DNA from: Lama guanicoe
Taxonomy: Eukaryota
Assembly (NCBI GenBank): GCA_013239625.1
Contig: MU054187.1
Coordinates: forward strand, 22,137,280 to 22,201,279
Direction: 5' to 3'
Length of the DNA stretch: 64,000 bases
Positions 39,051 through 51,272 of the stretch are shown here, one piece after another; position 1 is the stretch's first letter; every line of letters starts with the position of its first letter. The notes beneath the pieces are model-generated. The model ran no database searches, had not been told where the DNA came from, and was given only the letters and a program-made list of their open reading frames with translations. Position numbers and translations under genes: made by a program.

Positions 39051-39869
39051 ATCACATTTGAACAATATATAATTCTTTAATTAGATGTTAAAAGCACAAG
39101 ACAGAATTGCCTTCAAGGAAAGAGGAAAATGGCTTTACTGCATTTTCTATTGAATGTATGAAGTAATGAGGAATCTTAATGAATGCAAGGATGAGATGAG
39201 AGATTTGCTTTTAAAAAGATTTTGCTAATTGCTTCAAAAGCTTCCAAGAAGCAAAGGTTAGATTAGGATTGGGGTAAAGGAGGAAATGGTTTCATATTGT
39301 ATAAACATCATGGCAGGAATCTGCTCCAAGGTTGAGAACCTGGCTAAGGAGCGTTAAGGAGAATGAAGGAACAAGAACACATGGAAATGATTTCCAAGGA
39401 AGAAATGGGATGGAATCACACCCTTGTTTGGTAATTAAGGGTCTGAGGCATTACAGGGAAATATCTTGGCTTCTTTGTCCTTGTGTCTCCGCTCAAGACA
39501 GACAGCTCTCAAGACCAGAAACAGTTATCCCTCTTCTTTACTTCATTTGTATATCGTCCATGTGCCCGATTTGTGTTCAGGAATCTTGCAGGAGTATAGC
39601 TCAACATTTTCTGACTGTGACCTTGAGCGACATTGCCTGGGGTTTTCACACATGGTTAATCTTTTGACCGACTTTGATACATTTGCACAATAGCCTGATT
39701 CATTTAAAAGGCAAATAAGCCTGTAGAATGCCTGTCATTGTTTTAAAGTCACAAAAACATGAAAACTAAGTCTGTAGACTTCATCACACAGAATATTTGG
39801 AATCTTCCAGGATTATAGGGACCAGGATCCCAAGAACGTTCGTCTTCCAGATGATACTCATCGTCATCG

Positions 39870-40125
39870 TAACTCGTAGCATTTACTGACTAGTTACCAT
39901 GACCCGGGCTCTTTGTTAAGTGCCATTTCCATTTTGCTTTATTAACCCACTCTTCCAAAGAATAACTTCCCAGGAAACAGAAACTGCCAGTATTTCCACT
40001 TTACAGATGAAGAAACTGAGGAGAAGAAAAGTTAAGTAACCTGCCCAAAGGCTAAGTGACCCAGCCTCTGTGTTGAACACAGCAGTTTGATCCCTGAGCC
40101 TCGACTTAATGATTATTCTAAATGC
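39870..40125 (-). mobile_element. MIR
   Basis: ttacagatgaagaaactgag...gttaagtaacctgcccaaagg core. Confidence 0.8.
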
Positions 40126-40568
40126 CTAAATTAAGAGCAACTTTTCTTAGTCACGGAGATCTTTAAGGAGTTGCTAATTACCACTCACCTCTTCTTTGTT
40201 CCTTTATTTGAGAATCTATTTTCTTCCCTTTGTGCCATATTTAGATGTATTGAGGCCACATATTTGTGTTCAGAGCTTTTATTCAAATGGAAGAGAAAGT
40301 GAGTCATCGGGTTTTTAGATGCTTCTTTGACTCGAGTGTTCTAATTTTGCTTGTTCTCCCTGGAAATCCTGCAAAACATCCTGCATTTTTGTGTGACTGA
40401 AGCTTCTGAAGTTAGTCAGAGACATCCCTTACATCACCTCCCGCCATCCTCCCTAACGTCGGTCACTTAACTCTTCTGCTAACTCCACTCACTGCCATCC
40501 CACGTTAGCACCTCACTTCTGGTCACCAGAGATAAAATTTGTCATCTTCCGCTGTTTTTAAGCTGACT

Positions 40569-40610
40569 TGTGTGTGTGTGTGTGTGTGCGCGCGTGCGTG
40601 CATGTGTGCA
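40569..40610. repeat. (TG)10(CG)3... alternating purine-pyrimidine tract
   Basis: 42 nt of uninterrupted YR alternation. Confidence 0.9.
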
Positions 40611-40781
40611 GTTGAGGTTTGAGTAACAGTTACTGAAAGCCCAGTTTCTTTCCTGGATGCATGAAGATGGAGGCATTTAGAGGAAATGGACCCCCCCCCA
40701 AATGATTTCCGGTTTTGAAATTGCCTGGGACCTCCAGGCAATTTAATTTAAATAAGGCAAAATAAAGAAGTCACTGCTGTT

Positions 40782-41215
40782 ACATGGATGGACCTGGAGA
40801 TCGTCATTCTAAGTGAAGTAAGCCAGAAAGAGAGAAAAATATCATATGCTATCACTCATATGTGGGATTTAAAAAAAAAAACAATGAAACTTATTTACAA
40901 AACAAAAACAGACTCCCAGACATAGAAAACAAACTGATGGTTACCAGCAGGGAAAGGAGGTGAGAAGGGATAAATTGGGAGTTCGAGATTTGAAGATACT
41001 AACTACTAAAGTAGTAAAGTAGATAAGCAAGTTTCTATTGTATAGCACAGGGAACTGTATCCAATATCTTGCAATAACTTGTAATGAAAAAGAATGTGAA
41101 AACGAATATATGTACGTATACGTATGATTGAAACATTATGCTGTATACCAGAAATTGACACAACATTGTAAACTAACTATACTTCAATAAAAAAAAAAGT
41201 ACAAAAAAAAAAGAA
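40782..41215 (+). mobile_element. L1 3' end
   Basis: acatggatggacctggagatcgtcattctaagtg...ttcaataaaaaa. TSD matches 14/17 at 40765-40781 and 41216-41232. Confidence 0.92.
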
Positions 41216-41742
41216 AAGAAATTACAGCTGTTGATATTCTCACTTTCCTTTTGAGAAAAATCTCTGACTGCATTGCCTTCAAGGAGAAGATCCCACAAAC
41301 CATCTGTGCTCAGAGCTGTAGAAGTTCAGACTCTCAGAGTGGAATTCCACGCCTCCCTCTCGGAGGCAGACCCACTGCGGGAACCTCCCCAGGCGTTGCA
41401 TTTACAAGAGGGTGGGTAAGTGGTGAAGTACTCTGCTAACGTGATGGACTCCAGTATAAGCTTTTCCCCCCAGGGTTCTTCACTCTAGGAGCACAGAGAC
41501 TCAGGAGACCACAGGAGGCAGAGTTTTCAGTTCAAGACATTTATCACCAGGAAAGACTAACTTATTTCCCTCATTTGGAGAGTATCCTTTCTTCGGTCCT
41601 GCCCCAAATGTCTTTCTAGAGACGCAAAGCAGAAGGACTGAAAGTTCAGCATGCAGAATAAAAAATGGGAGATGTTCATTTCTACATATTTTCACACCCA
41701 CTTGAGATATTTTCCTTCATTCAGAACACACACACACACAGA

Positions 41743-41807
41743 AGAGGAAGCCAAGATGGTGGAGTAGAAGGAAGTTTGTAGCTCACCCTTTCCCAGAAAT
41801 ACACCAA
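41743..41807 (+). mobile_element. L1 5'-terminal fragment only (~65 bp)
   Basis: gaggaagccaagatggtggagtagaagg...agctcaccc...acaccaaaa aligns with the L1 head at 27241-27295. Flanked on both sides by aa(ca)n-ga. Confidence 0.75.
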
Positions 41808-41811
41808 AACA

Positions 41812-41843
<32 letters not shown>

Positions 41844-42310
41844 GATGTTACAGACATATTGGAAACATGGTTTGAAAAGTCGGAGGTAAACACTGTGCAC
41901 ACACTGGAAACATACTGGGACCTGAGATGAATCCAAGGGGATCATTGGTCGTGGGTGGGTGTGCCTTCTCATGAGTGCACATGAGGGACGACCCAGGTTC
42001 AAAATCATAATGGAATGAAATAGACAACAAATACTAATTCCTCACCAGTCAAGATCAAGAGTGTTTTCATGGTTGTTCAGTAATAAATGAATTACACAGC
42101 ATCATGTGTTCCAGGTCATCTTGAATACAATTATGACGAGGGCTAAAGTGTTTACAGAGGATGAAAAAGAAATGAATAATTCTGAATTATTATTCATTTC
42201 TCAGCTGACAGAACCCCACATCTGAAAGTCAGTTTATATTAATTCATAATTCAGGAACGTGTGGTTTCCATCACATTTCCAATCGGCCCCACTGGAAACA
42301 AATCATTTTT

Positions 42311-42462
42311 ACTTGATTTCTTTTTTGTTTGTTTGTTTGTTTTTGGAGGGGGAGGTAATTAGGCTTATTTACTTTTTTTTTTAAGTGGAGGTACTGGGGA
42401 TTGAACCGAAGACCTCATGCATGCTAAGCGTGCCCTCTATCACTGACCTATACCCTCCTCCC
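42311..42462 (-). mobile_element. Vic-1-type SINE
   Basis: TSD caaa(t/c)cattttt at 42299-42310 and 42463-42474. Confidence 0.92.
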
Positions 42463-42989
42463 CAAACCATTTTTTAAATAGCAAAGTAAGAAGCATCAAG
42501 CAGGAACTCAAGCTCCAGTTTCAGCACTGAATGGTATCACGTAATGTATGCACAGTGTCTCACATTCCTCCTGTGACTGTGAGATAAGATGTCTGAGTTT
42601 TTGTCATCTTTTTTCAGGCAGAGGATAAAACTTATCAGCATCAACTTTTTTAGATCTATTGTCAGTGTTTGAAATGGTGAAGTTATTACAGAGATCTGGG
42701 ATCATTCTCTTTCATCAGAGAATAATACATGGCAGAACTAAAAGAAAACAAGATCACATTTTTATTTTGTTAAAAATAACTGTCGTGTTTTTGACCCAAT
42801 GTGGAAAATAAAAAAATCAGTAGAAGGGTTGCCTTTCCCCTTTAGTGTTTAGTTGATCTTATATCTAGGCCTTCCGAACTTCTTCCTTCTAGTGTCCCAT
42901 GACAAATGCTAGAAGCTACACTTTCCTTCCATCAGAAAGTTGGTTGTCTCCTAAAATAGGCCTGCTCCTGCAACCCGCTTTTAGGAGCC

Positions 42990-43468
42990 TGTGGCAGGGT
43001 GTATTTCCCAAGGGCAGCTGCAGCATTCTCTCCCATCCCAAGTGCTCCTCGAGGACCCCACAGCGCCCCCTGCAATCTCAAACTCTGGGAAGAAGCAGAA
43101 GTAATGCTGGGTGACATCCGGGGCCAGGACAGCTTCCCCCCTGGAGCCGGAACACCCGCGCCAGCGCCCTGATCTACCCTGGGAGCGGCCCGGCGGGCCC
43201 CAGAGCAGCCGTGCTGTGAGGATGCCCAGTCTAACCCCAACACAGAAACGACCTAGGGAAGCCCTGGGGAGCCCCAGCTGCTCCTGCCGCTGCTTCTCCC
43301 GTTCAGCCCCTGTCTGCTCCCACATGAGCACCCTGAGCCTGGCCCACCCAGCCGAGCTCCTTCTCCCAAACAGCTGCCCCGCACAAACAGGAGCAAGCCG
43401 GAAATAACTGTGTGTTTTAGGCTACTATATTTGGGGGTGATTTGCTACATAACAATAATAACTAGAAT
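42990..43468 (+). mobile_element. MaLR LTR (MLT1G/H-like)
   Basis: Starts tgtggcagggtgtatttcccaa...tctcccatcccaagtgctc. Ends gttttaggctactatatttgggggtgatttgctaca. Confidence 0.75.
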
Positions 43469-43552
43469 GCAGGTACTGAGAAGAAAGGAAGAAAGCAAAT
43501 TCCAAATCAAAGTAGAATTTCTGAAGCAGGTCTATTTAAACAGAGCCATCCA

Positions 43553-43688
43553 GGGGGAGAAGGTATAGCTCGGTGGTAGAGTGTGTGCTTAGCATCCATG
43601 AGGTCCTGGGCATGGAGAAATAAATAAATAAATAAAGCATAATTACCCTTCCCCTAATTTTTTTAAAAATAAAGATTAAAAAATAATA
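43553..43688 (+). mobile_element. Vic-1-type SINE with B-box region deleted
   Basis: ggtatagctcggtggtagagtgtgtgcttagcatccatgaggtcctggg, then the tail. Confidence 0.85.
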
Positions 43689-44251
43689 AACATCCTGCTT
43701 GGAAAGTTCCACCATTTCTCATTTGAAAATTCTAGATCCGCAGTTGGCCTACAGATTGAGATACTTAAACCCTAGCAGTGATTTTCTTCCATCTATTACT
43801 AATTATCTCAAATGAAATTGCAGAAAAAGCCAAACCCCTACTTTGAGTTATATGGCAAGTAGGTTGGACGCTGGAGTTACTTTTAATCAATCAAAATTTT
43901 TCTTGAGTGCATCTCCCCTCTCTGGTCGAAGATAAAGTCTCCCCCCAGTTTTCAAAATGGTGAATAACGGAAGGCTTCCTACTGTGTTTCTGGGACTTAC
44001 AGGCTTCTCCGCGGGAAGGGCAGCTTTGATTAAAAGGCGAAATGGTCTAGGAGGCAACTTTTTAATCATCCTCCCCTAAAGAATTGGGTTTTCAATTTGG
44101 GTGTATTAAGTTGTGCTTCTCATCAGGCTGCTTCGTAAATAGAAGTGTCCTTCCACACATACACAAGAGGTGTGTACTTTGTCTTCTAAGCAACAAAGGG
44201 TGGGGGGAGCTCTGTCTTCTCCAGGAACCCACTGCTCCCCACAGCACCTAC

Positions 44252-44705
44252 TGTTGCAGAAAAATGTGTTACAGCTCAGTGTTACAGCTCAGTTGTGACA
44301 GCAACCTGAATGGATCCGGGTGAGAGACCAAACAGCACACAGAGAGTTGGAGAACTCAGGTTTATTACAGCAGCGGGCCCAGAGTAGTTAACACTCCAAG
44401 CTCTGGACCCCATCTGCAGGTTTACACAGGCTTTTATAGGCTGCTAGTTTACACTTTGCAACATCATATGCAAATAAGGTATAACAAAAGTTGACTAATT
44501 AGGAACAGGCTTTGTAGAAATGGACCAATCAGGAGGGAGAGAAATAACCAATCAGGAGTGCGGGAAATGGACCCATCAGGAGTGAGCTCCACTTTCCTCC
44601 AAGTTAGCTGTTTCAGAGGCAAAAAGTGAGATAATGGTGCTGGCAGGAGAGTAGTGGCCCTACGTGGGGGTCCTGCCAGTCTTTTTTATGGGGCTTCCCA
44701 TTTTA
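44252..44705 (-). mobile_element. ERV1-class solo LTR
   Basis: TG at the left end and 4-bp TSD ctac/ttac. Minus-strand TATA (CTATAAAA, 44432-44439), AATAAA (44361-44366), octamer and three CCAAT-type repeats. Confidence 0.8.
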
Positions 44706-44844
44706 TTACCACAGCCCTGCCCCCTGAAATGCTTACAGAATATGATGTCTGAATGGGAGCGTTTCACTGAGTCAAGAGATCCAGCAAGATCTCTACAAGT
44801 GTCCATGAGATCATTTTTATTCATCACTTAATATATATGTTTTT

Positions 44845-45023
44845 TTGTTTTATTTTGGTTTTTTGTGTGGTTTTGTTTTGGTGCTTTTTTGTTTTTTTGT
44901 TTGTTTGTTTTTTTGTGGGGGGAGGTAATTTAATTGATTGACTTTGATGGCGGTCCTGGGGATTGAACCCAGGACCTCATGCATGCTAAGCATACACTCT
45001 ACCACTGAGCTATGCCCTCCCCC
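44845..45023 (-). mobile_element. Vic-1-type SINE
   Basis: ggggattgaacccaggacctcatgcatgctaagcatacactctaccactgagctatgccctcccc. Confidence 0.93.
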
Positions 45024-45669
45024 TTATATGTATGTTCTTTTAAGTGAAAGGACTCTCTGATCACTTTGGCACCATAATGCAGAGGGGAGGACAATATCTC
45101 ACACTCTTTAAATTACTTATCTAATGCCTCTAAAATACTGGGTCAGGTTATTCCTTTCTTCATGCATTTAACAAGTACCTACTGTATGTACACCTGTGTC
45201 AGGCATTGTCAGGAAGGCACTGATGACTCAGATGCAGATCCCACCCTCAGAAACCCACATGGGCCCCACCAGGCTGCACCATTTTCAGTGGACACCAGTA
45301 CAATATTTCTTTGCTGTAGAAGTAAGTGACCGTTTATATTAAATCACTGAGTTTATTTTCACTCACCTCACCAGCTGTCTTGCAGCTTTTGTGATATTCT
45401 TTAGTGTCACAGAAAATTTCCTGTGAATTGTGTCGTCCTGTTTCTTTCTTTCTTAAAGCAGAAAGTGAGAGGGGGGAGTATTCAGACAGCTGGATGATGT
45501 GCCTGTGGTAAGCAAGGACTGGATGCATGAGTGTTTTTGTTTCTTCATCGCTGCCTTTATCACCATGACGTGGGGAATTCGTCATTTCAACAAATCTCCA
45601 GTTTACAGGGGTTTTCTTTTCCTTTTTGAATTTCTGACTTTATGAAGACATTTTTACAGTCGCCACTAC

Positions 45670-46390
45670 TAAATTCGTTTACTCATTTGTGCATTCATTT
45701 ATCCAACACACAGGTCTTGAGTTACTATTACCTGCTGAATAGTACCCTATTCTCAAGGCGTCTATGGTTTTGAGAGAAGACAGACTTGCAAAAACAGTTT
45801 AATACAACAAGAAATTTGATTTAATAAAGATATGTAAGCCTGGGTGAGGCAGTGGGGAGGTGGTGATGTGGGGGAAGCAGAAGAAAAGAGACTAAGCCTG
45901 CAGTGAGGAGCAAGGGAAGATTCATAGAGAGATAAGTACTAACTAGGCTGCAAGCAGAGAATAAAGAAGAGAATGCCAAGCAAGAAGCCAGAAGGCTGTG
46001 GGGGTGGCCAGGAGAAGGGCGGGGAGGGCGTGTTGCAGGCCGCTGGAAAAGTTAAGAGAAGTGAGGATGCAACACGGGTTGTAGTATAATTGGAGTGTAA
46101 AATCAAAGACAACAGTGGCAGAAAAAAATGGATAGAGAATAATCTATTCATGCATAGGCTTTGCATTTCATGAAAAAAAGTTTATATATTTATCCCAGAG
46201 GGCGTGTGAAAGCATGGAAAATTTTTGAGCAAAAGAATGATATAATCAGATTTTGTTTTATAAAGATCTGCTGACAGCATCATGAAGACTGAACTAATGA
46301 TAACGGATGAGAGGTGTGGGGGAAGCAGGAGACAGAGAGACAGGTGAGGGAGGCTGCAGAGATAACACAGGTAAGATGTGATGCTGTGCT
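45670..46390 (-). mobile_element. LINE-2 3' region
   Basis: (ttca)-type terminus at ~45680-45700, followed by purine-rich antisense L2. Confidence 0.55.
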
Positions 46391-46403
46391 GATCTAAACA
46401 GAT

Positions 46404-46656
46404 TGTTTTTTTTATTGAATATATATATTATATATAATATATATCCACATATAATATATATATTCTTTTTCATTATAGGTTTTTACAAGATATTAAATGT
46501 AGTTCCCTGTCCTATACAATAAGACTTTGTTGGTTATCTATTTTATATATAGCAGTTTGTATCTGCTAATCCCAAACTCCTAATTTATCCCTCCCCCACC
46601 TTCTTTTCCCCTTTGGTAACCATGAGCTTGTTTTCTATGTCTGTGTGTCTGTTTCT
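46404..46656 (-). mobile_element. L1 3'UTR fragment
   Basis: ctaatcccaaactcctaatttatccc. TSD taaacagat at 46395-46403 and 46657-46665. Confidence 0.88.
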
Positions 46657-47740
46657 TAAACAGATGCAGTTCTGATGCTGTTTGATTAGCTGAAATCAGA
46701 TGGTCAATATGAAATAATAGACAGAACAATTAGACTAAAGACATCACTTTAACAAATACTTATTTAGTACCTCTTGTCTGCCAGGTGATGTCATTGCCAG
46801 GGAGAGAAGATGAGTCATACCTAGTCCTTGTCCTAAGAAAGCTCCCACCAGAGGAGTGGGACAAATCAACTCAACAACATTAACAAACCACAAGATAAGA
46901 GCCACACTGATGCATGGAAGGCTCTGGAAACAATGATAGAGGATCTACATTCTCTGATTATCACCAACACCAACTTCATAAGAGACAGCAGAGTTTTCAA
47001 ATACTTAACTGTGTGCCAAACTTGGATATGCTTTATGTACACCATCTCTATAGAGAGCAAGATACTAAAAAGTTACTTTTACATTGTCTCTTCCCTCCAA
47101 AAGATCTGAACTATCTGACACTATTCTAATTAATTATATGGTGGCTTATTTGGAGCACATTTATTTCTGTTTGATTAAGCAAGTGTACTTTTGTAGTTCC
47201 CAGTTTTTCCCCTTGGCTATGATTATCCAAAACACACAATCACATTAATAATAATTTAAAGAAAGACTTTAAAGATAACCTTTTGCAAAGGAACACATTT
47301 GGACTGCTAATTACAGCACCTAATTTATATTACTCCCATTAATGATGGATTTAGCTCTTATTTAACAAGATTTTAAGAAAAGATTAACAGATTGCAAATC
47401 TTGTCCCTACTTTTGTGCTCTAGGTAACAGCCCAGTTGAATATTAACCATGCCAACTAGTGGTTTTACAGAGGACGGAGCCTGAGGTCACTCAGAGTAGT
47501 AGCCTGTTCAATCAACATACCTGACATGGGTCACGTTGCTGGTCTTTCTACAAGCCCAGATGTAAAACTGGATGCATTTCTCAAAAACTCAAAATGCCTT
47601 CCACTGTGTAGCTACGTTGTGTGCTGCGTGATTGTTGGGAAGACATGATAATGTGGTTGATATCCATTTGCAGGAGGGTAAATCTAGCCTAAAAGATATT
47701 AGACTATCTCAAATTGTCTTTGAGAACCTTAGACGACAGG

Positions 47741-48397
47741 TGTCTGTGACAGAAAGACAGGAAGGAACTGGGCAGGGCACAGCCATGCAAGGAATGACAC
47801 TGTAATTAACACCAAGATGGCGGGAGCTTCAACTCCCAGTAGTCCTTGAGGCCCAAGATGACCAGAGATTTGACTTCCAGTAGACCTTGAGCTTCAGTAT
47901 ACCCTCATTGTAATACAACAGCATGTTAAAGGGTACTCTCATGGGCACCATGAATTTCCGGGGCTGACTGTAAAAGGTCAAAAAGTGGGTGGTGGCCCAA
48001 TTCCTGGAAATCCCTGCCCCTTCCCCAAAGTAGTTGGAATAATCCTTCCACTTGTCAGCATGTGAAGTCACCAAGCCCATAAAAACTAGCAACATCTCCC
48101 CACATGGCTCGTTGTGCCCTCGCCTTCCAAGCTGGCCCACACTGTGTCTATGGAGTGTGTATCTACTTTTAGTTTAAGTACCCAACCCCGCACCTTGTGG
48201 CCTTTCTCTGGCCTTCTGAGATGGCCTGCCCTCTGTGTATGGAGTGTGCGTCTCTCTGAATAAATCTACTTTTACTCTACTATGGCTCCATCTTGAATTC
48301 TTTTCTGCATGAAGCCAAGGACTCTCACTAGGCAGGGCCCGTCCCAGAGACTCAACTGAGACCTGGGACATGGCCATCCCCCCATTTTCCTGCATCA
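47741..48397 (+). mobile_element. MER41-like ERV1 solo LTR
   Basis: TG...CA ends and TSD acagg/acagc. Colinear with recalled MER41 blocks (accaagatggcg; ttcctggaa...gaataatcc; ccataaaaa; ctatggagt; aataaa...tgaattcttt...ccaagg). Confidence 0.8.
48001..48009. promoter_or_regulatory. GAS (STAT) motif TTCCTGGAA within the MER41-like LTR
   Basis: Exact TTCNNNGAA match. Confidence 0.5.
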
Positions 48398-49185
48398 ACA
48401 GCATCTTTAATAAGTCAAAAGATTTTCTGTTTTATACTTTGTATACAACTCTATTCAATTCAAAGATTTAGGGTTTTCTGAGCCGCAAAGGTTCTCTGGT
48501 CCCAGGACCACGCTCCATCCACCATCCGTGCAAGCTGTTTTCCCAGCATCTGTCATTTTCCCAACTAAAGTGCAAGTTCCTTAAAGGCAGAAACCGAGTC
48601 TTACATTTATTCCACAAACGCCAATATGCTGCTCATGAGATGTGGACAAAATACTTCTGCATCTGGTTCCACTGCTGCCGTTTGTGTGTCTTAAGCAAAT
48701 TCCCCTCACTACTCCTAGCTTCAGTTTGCTCATGTATAAAAGAGGAAATAATACCTTTTGAGGGTTACATTAGATGATAAATGTAAACAATGCTCTGTAA
48801 ACCTAAGTAGATGACCAAAGAAATATAATCTAAGGTACATTGTACATTATATGCACATAATATGTACATTACCAAGCATCACACTCATATGAATGTCATC
48901 TTATTATTGATAATTGAGAGCAATCATGGAAAACCACCACCCTTCCCCTCTTACACGGCAAACCTCTTAGAGGAAGTATTTCTGGAAGGAGAAAAAAATT
49001 TTTACATTATTTATACACTGTGTGTGGCAATGATCTTATGTTTTTATGGTAATAGCAATGCTATCAATTATCTCCAGAGATTATAATGCTGAGGAAGTCT
49101 ATGGTAGTTACCAAGAAAATATGTTTTAACTCAAAATATAGTCCATTGAAGGTGTCCTCATTCCAATTAGAAAATAAAAGTGCCA

Positions 49186-50060
49186 GAAAATATGCTCAAT
49201 ATCACTAATTACCAGAGAAATGCAAATCAAAACTACAATGAGATATCACCTCACATCAGTCAGAATGGCCATCATTCAAAGGTCCACAAATGACAAATGC
49301 TGAGGAGGCTGTGGAGAAAGGGGAACCCTCCTACACTGCTAGTGGGAATGCAGTTTGGTGCAGCCACTGTGGAAAGCAGTGTGGAGATTCCTCAAAAGAC
49401 TAGGAATAGACTTACCGTATGGCCCAGGAATCCCGCTCCTGGGCATATATCCAGAGGAAACCCTACTTCACAAAGACACCTGCCCCCACAATGTTCATAG
49501 CAGCACTATTTACAATAGCCAAGACATGGGAACAGCCTAAATGTCCATCAACAGATGACTGGATAAAGAAGTTGTGGTATATTTATACAAAGGAATACTA
49601 TTCAGCCATAAAAAAGAAAACATAATGCCACTTGCAGCAGCATGGATGTCCCTGGAGAATGTCATTCTAAGTGAAATAAGCCAGAAGAGAAAGAAAAATA
49701 CCATATGAGGTCTCTCATTTGTGGAATCTGAAAAAAAAAAAGAACATAAATACAAAACACAAACAGACTCATAGACATAGAATAGAAACTTGTGGTTGCC
49801 AAGGGGGCGGGGGGTGGGAAGGGACAGACTGGGATTTCAAAATTTGTAGATACTGACAGGAATATGCAGAATAGATAAACAAGATTATACTGTATAGCAC
49901 AGGGGAATATATACAAGATCTTGTGGTAGCTCACAGAGCTCAAAGTGAAAATGTGACAATGAATATATGTATGTTCATGTATAACTGAAAAATTGTGCTC
50001 TGCACTGGAATTTGACACAACATTGTAAAATGACTATAACTTAAAAAAAAGTTAAAAAAA
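49186..50060 (+). mobile_element. L1 3' end (ORF2 C-terminus plus 3'UTR)
   Basis: Peptides [15 protein letters not shown] and MFIAALFTIAKTWEQPKCPSTDDWIKKLWYIYT, followed by an A-tail. Confidence 0.93.
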
Positions 50061-50821
50061 GATATCCATTAAATATGAAGAATATTATTCCAAGAGGATT
50101 TGGAGATTAAATAATTTAAGTATCTCACTGTTTGGAACACTGAAAATTAATGAAGATTCCAACTTATTCTTCCTCTAACTGATTTTGTGAGTTTTTTTTC
50201 TTCATCATCTAGGAAAGAGTAAAACTTACCTTCAATGCAACTGCATATTATTTATGCAACTAGTATTTGATTGGATTTATATGAAAAATTTTGCTTTATG
50301 ATGTTTAAAAAAGTCCTATTTGTTTTATTAAGTTAAAATGCCACTTTCATTTTTCTTCTGTTGGTCTAGCTTTTCTTTGTGTGTGTAGAAATAACATCAG
50401 CAGAGAGAAATATGTTGGTAAAATCCTAATAAAAAACAGTGCTGCCAAGACTGGGGAAAAAAAAGTGCAAGAAATATTTATATTCACTGTCAAAAATGGA
50501 GGAGAAAAGAGATCTAAAGAATGAAAAAGCTGTGAAATTAATATATTAAAAGTGATGGGTCAGCCACAAAAATAAATTCCTGTTTTTGAAATGACATAAG
50601 TGGAGTGAAAAAAGAATTATAAACATTGCAGTCCCTCTGGAGTAGTCATTTGGTTTCTACACATGTCATTGGAACTTTTTTTTATTGTTTTAACTCAAAG
50701 GATCAAAGCTCTATTAAAAATAGGCGGTGTTGTTTTTGAGGTAACTAAGATCAAGTTGGAGATACTAAGTCCGAAATCCAACATCAGCTTAGATTGTGTG
50801 AAGTATCTTCTTTATAGTCCT

Positions 50822-51272
50822 TGTCAACTGAAAAAAAATGCACAACCTAAAAGTTGAGAATTATGCTTTCTTCATTGGACATACTGAGCCCAAGATATAA
50901 CCCTGCAGAAAACTCTGAGGTACTCTTCCAAAGAGGTAAAGGAAGAGCCAGGCTATATAGGAGTTTAAAAAAATAAAAACCAAAACCAAAAAAAAAACCA
51001 GGCAGTCGGAGCATCAAATGATTACTGTTAATTAAAGAAAAACCAGGTATCTTGAGTTTATGAATTTAGTACTTTTCTGTGATGGGAAAGATGCAAGAGT
51101 CTGAGCCCACAGAAGTCATTTCTTCGATATGCATCTTAGCCACCCATTTTCTCCATCCTGAATCCCCTCAGGGCGTGCACTGTGGGAGGATGGGGGGGCT
51201 ATAGTGACTGACAGCTTGATGGCCCCAGAATCCTTCGTTTAGTCACATGGCAGGTGACATTTTTCTTCCACA
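50822..51272 (-). mobile_element. ERV1-class solo LTR
   Basis: tgtcaactgaaaaaaaatgcacaacctaaaagttgag...cttccaca with TG/CA ends. TSD tcct/gcct. Confidence 0.75.

Noticed and set aside
42932..43407. Overlapping ~100-aa ORFs on both strands
   Set aside because: They lie inside a GC-rich MLT1 LTR, where stop codons are rare.
310..50018. ORFs with protein-like sequence (310-558, 723-929, 10542-10772, 11714-12184, 16438-16629, 49297-49625)
   Set aside because: They are broken L1 ORF2p fragments, not host genes.
49133..50073. Possible TSD implying about 35 nt of non-L1 filler at the 5' junction
   Set aside because: It needs an indel plus two mismatches, which is too poor to trust.
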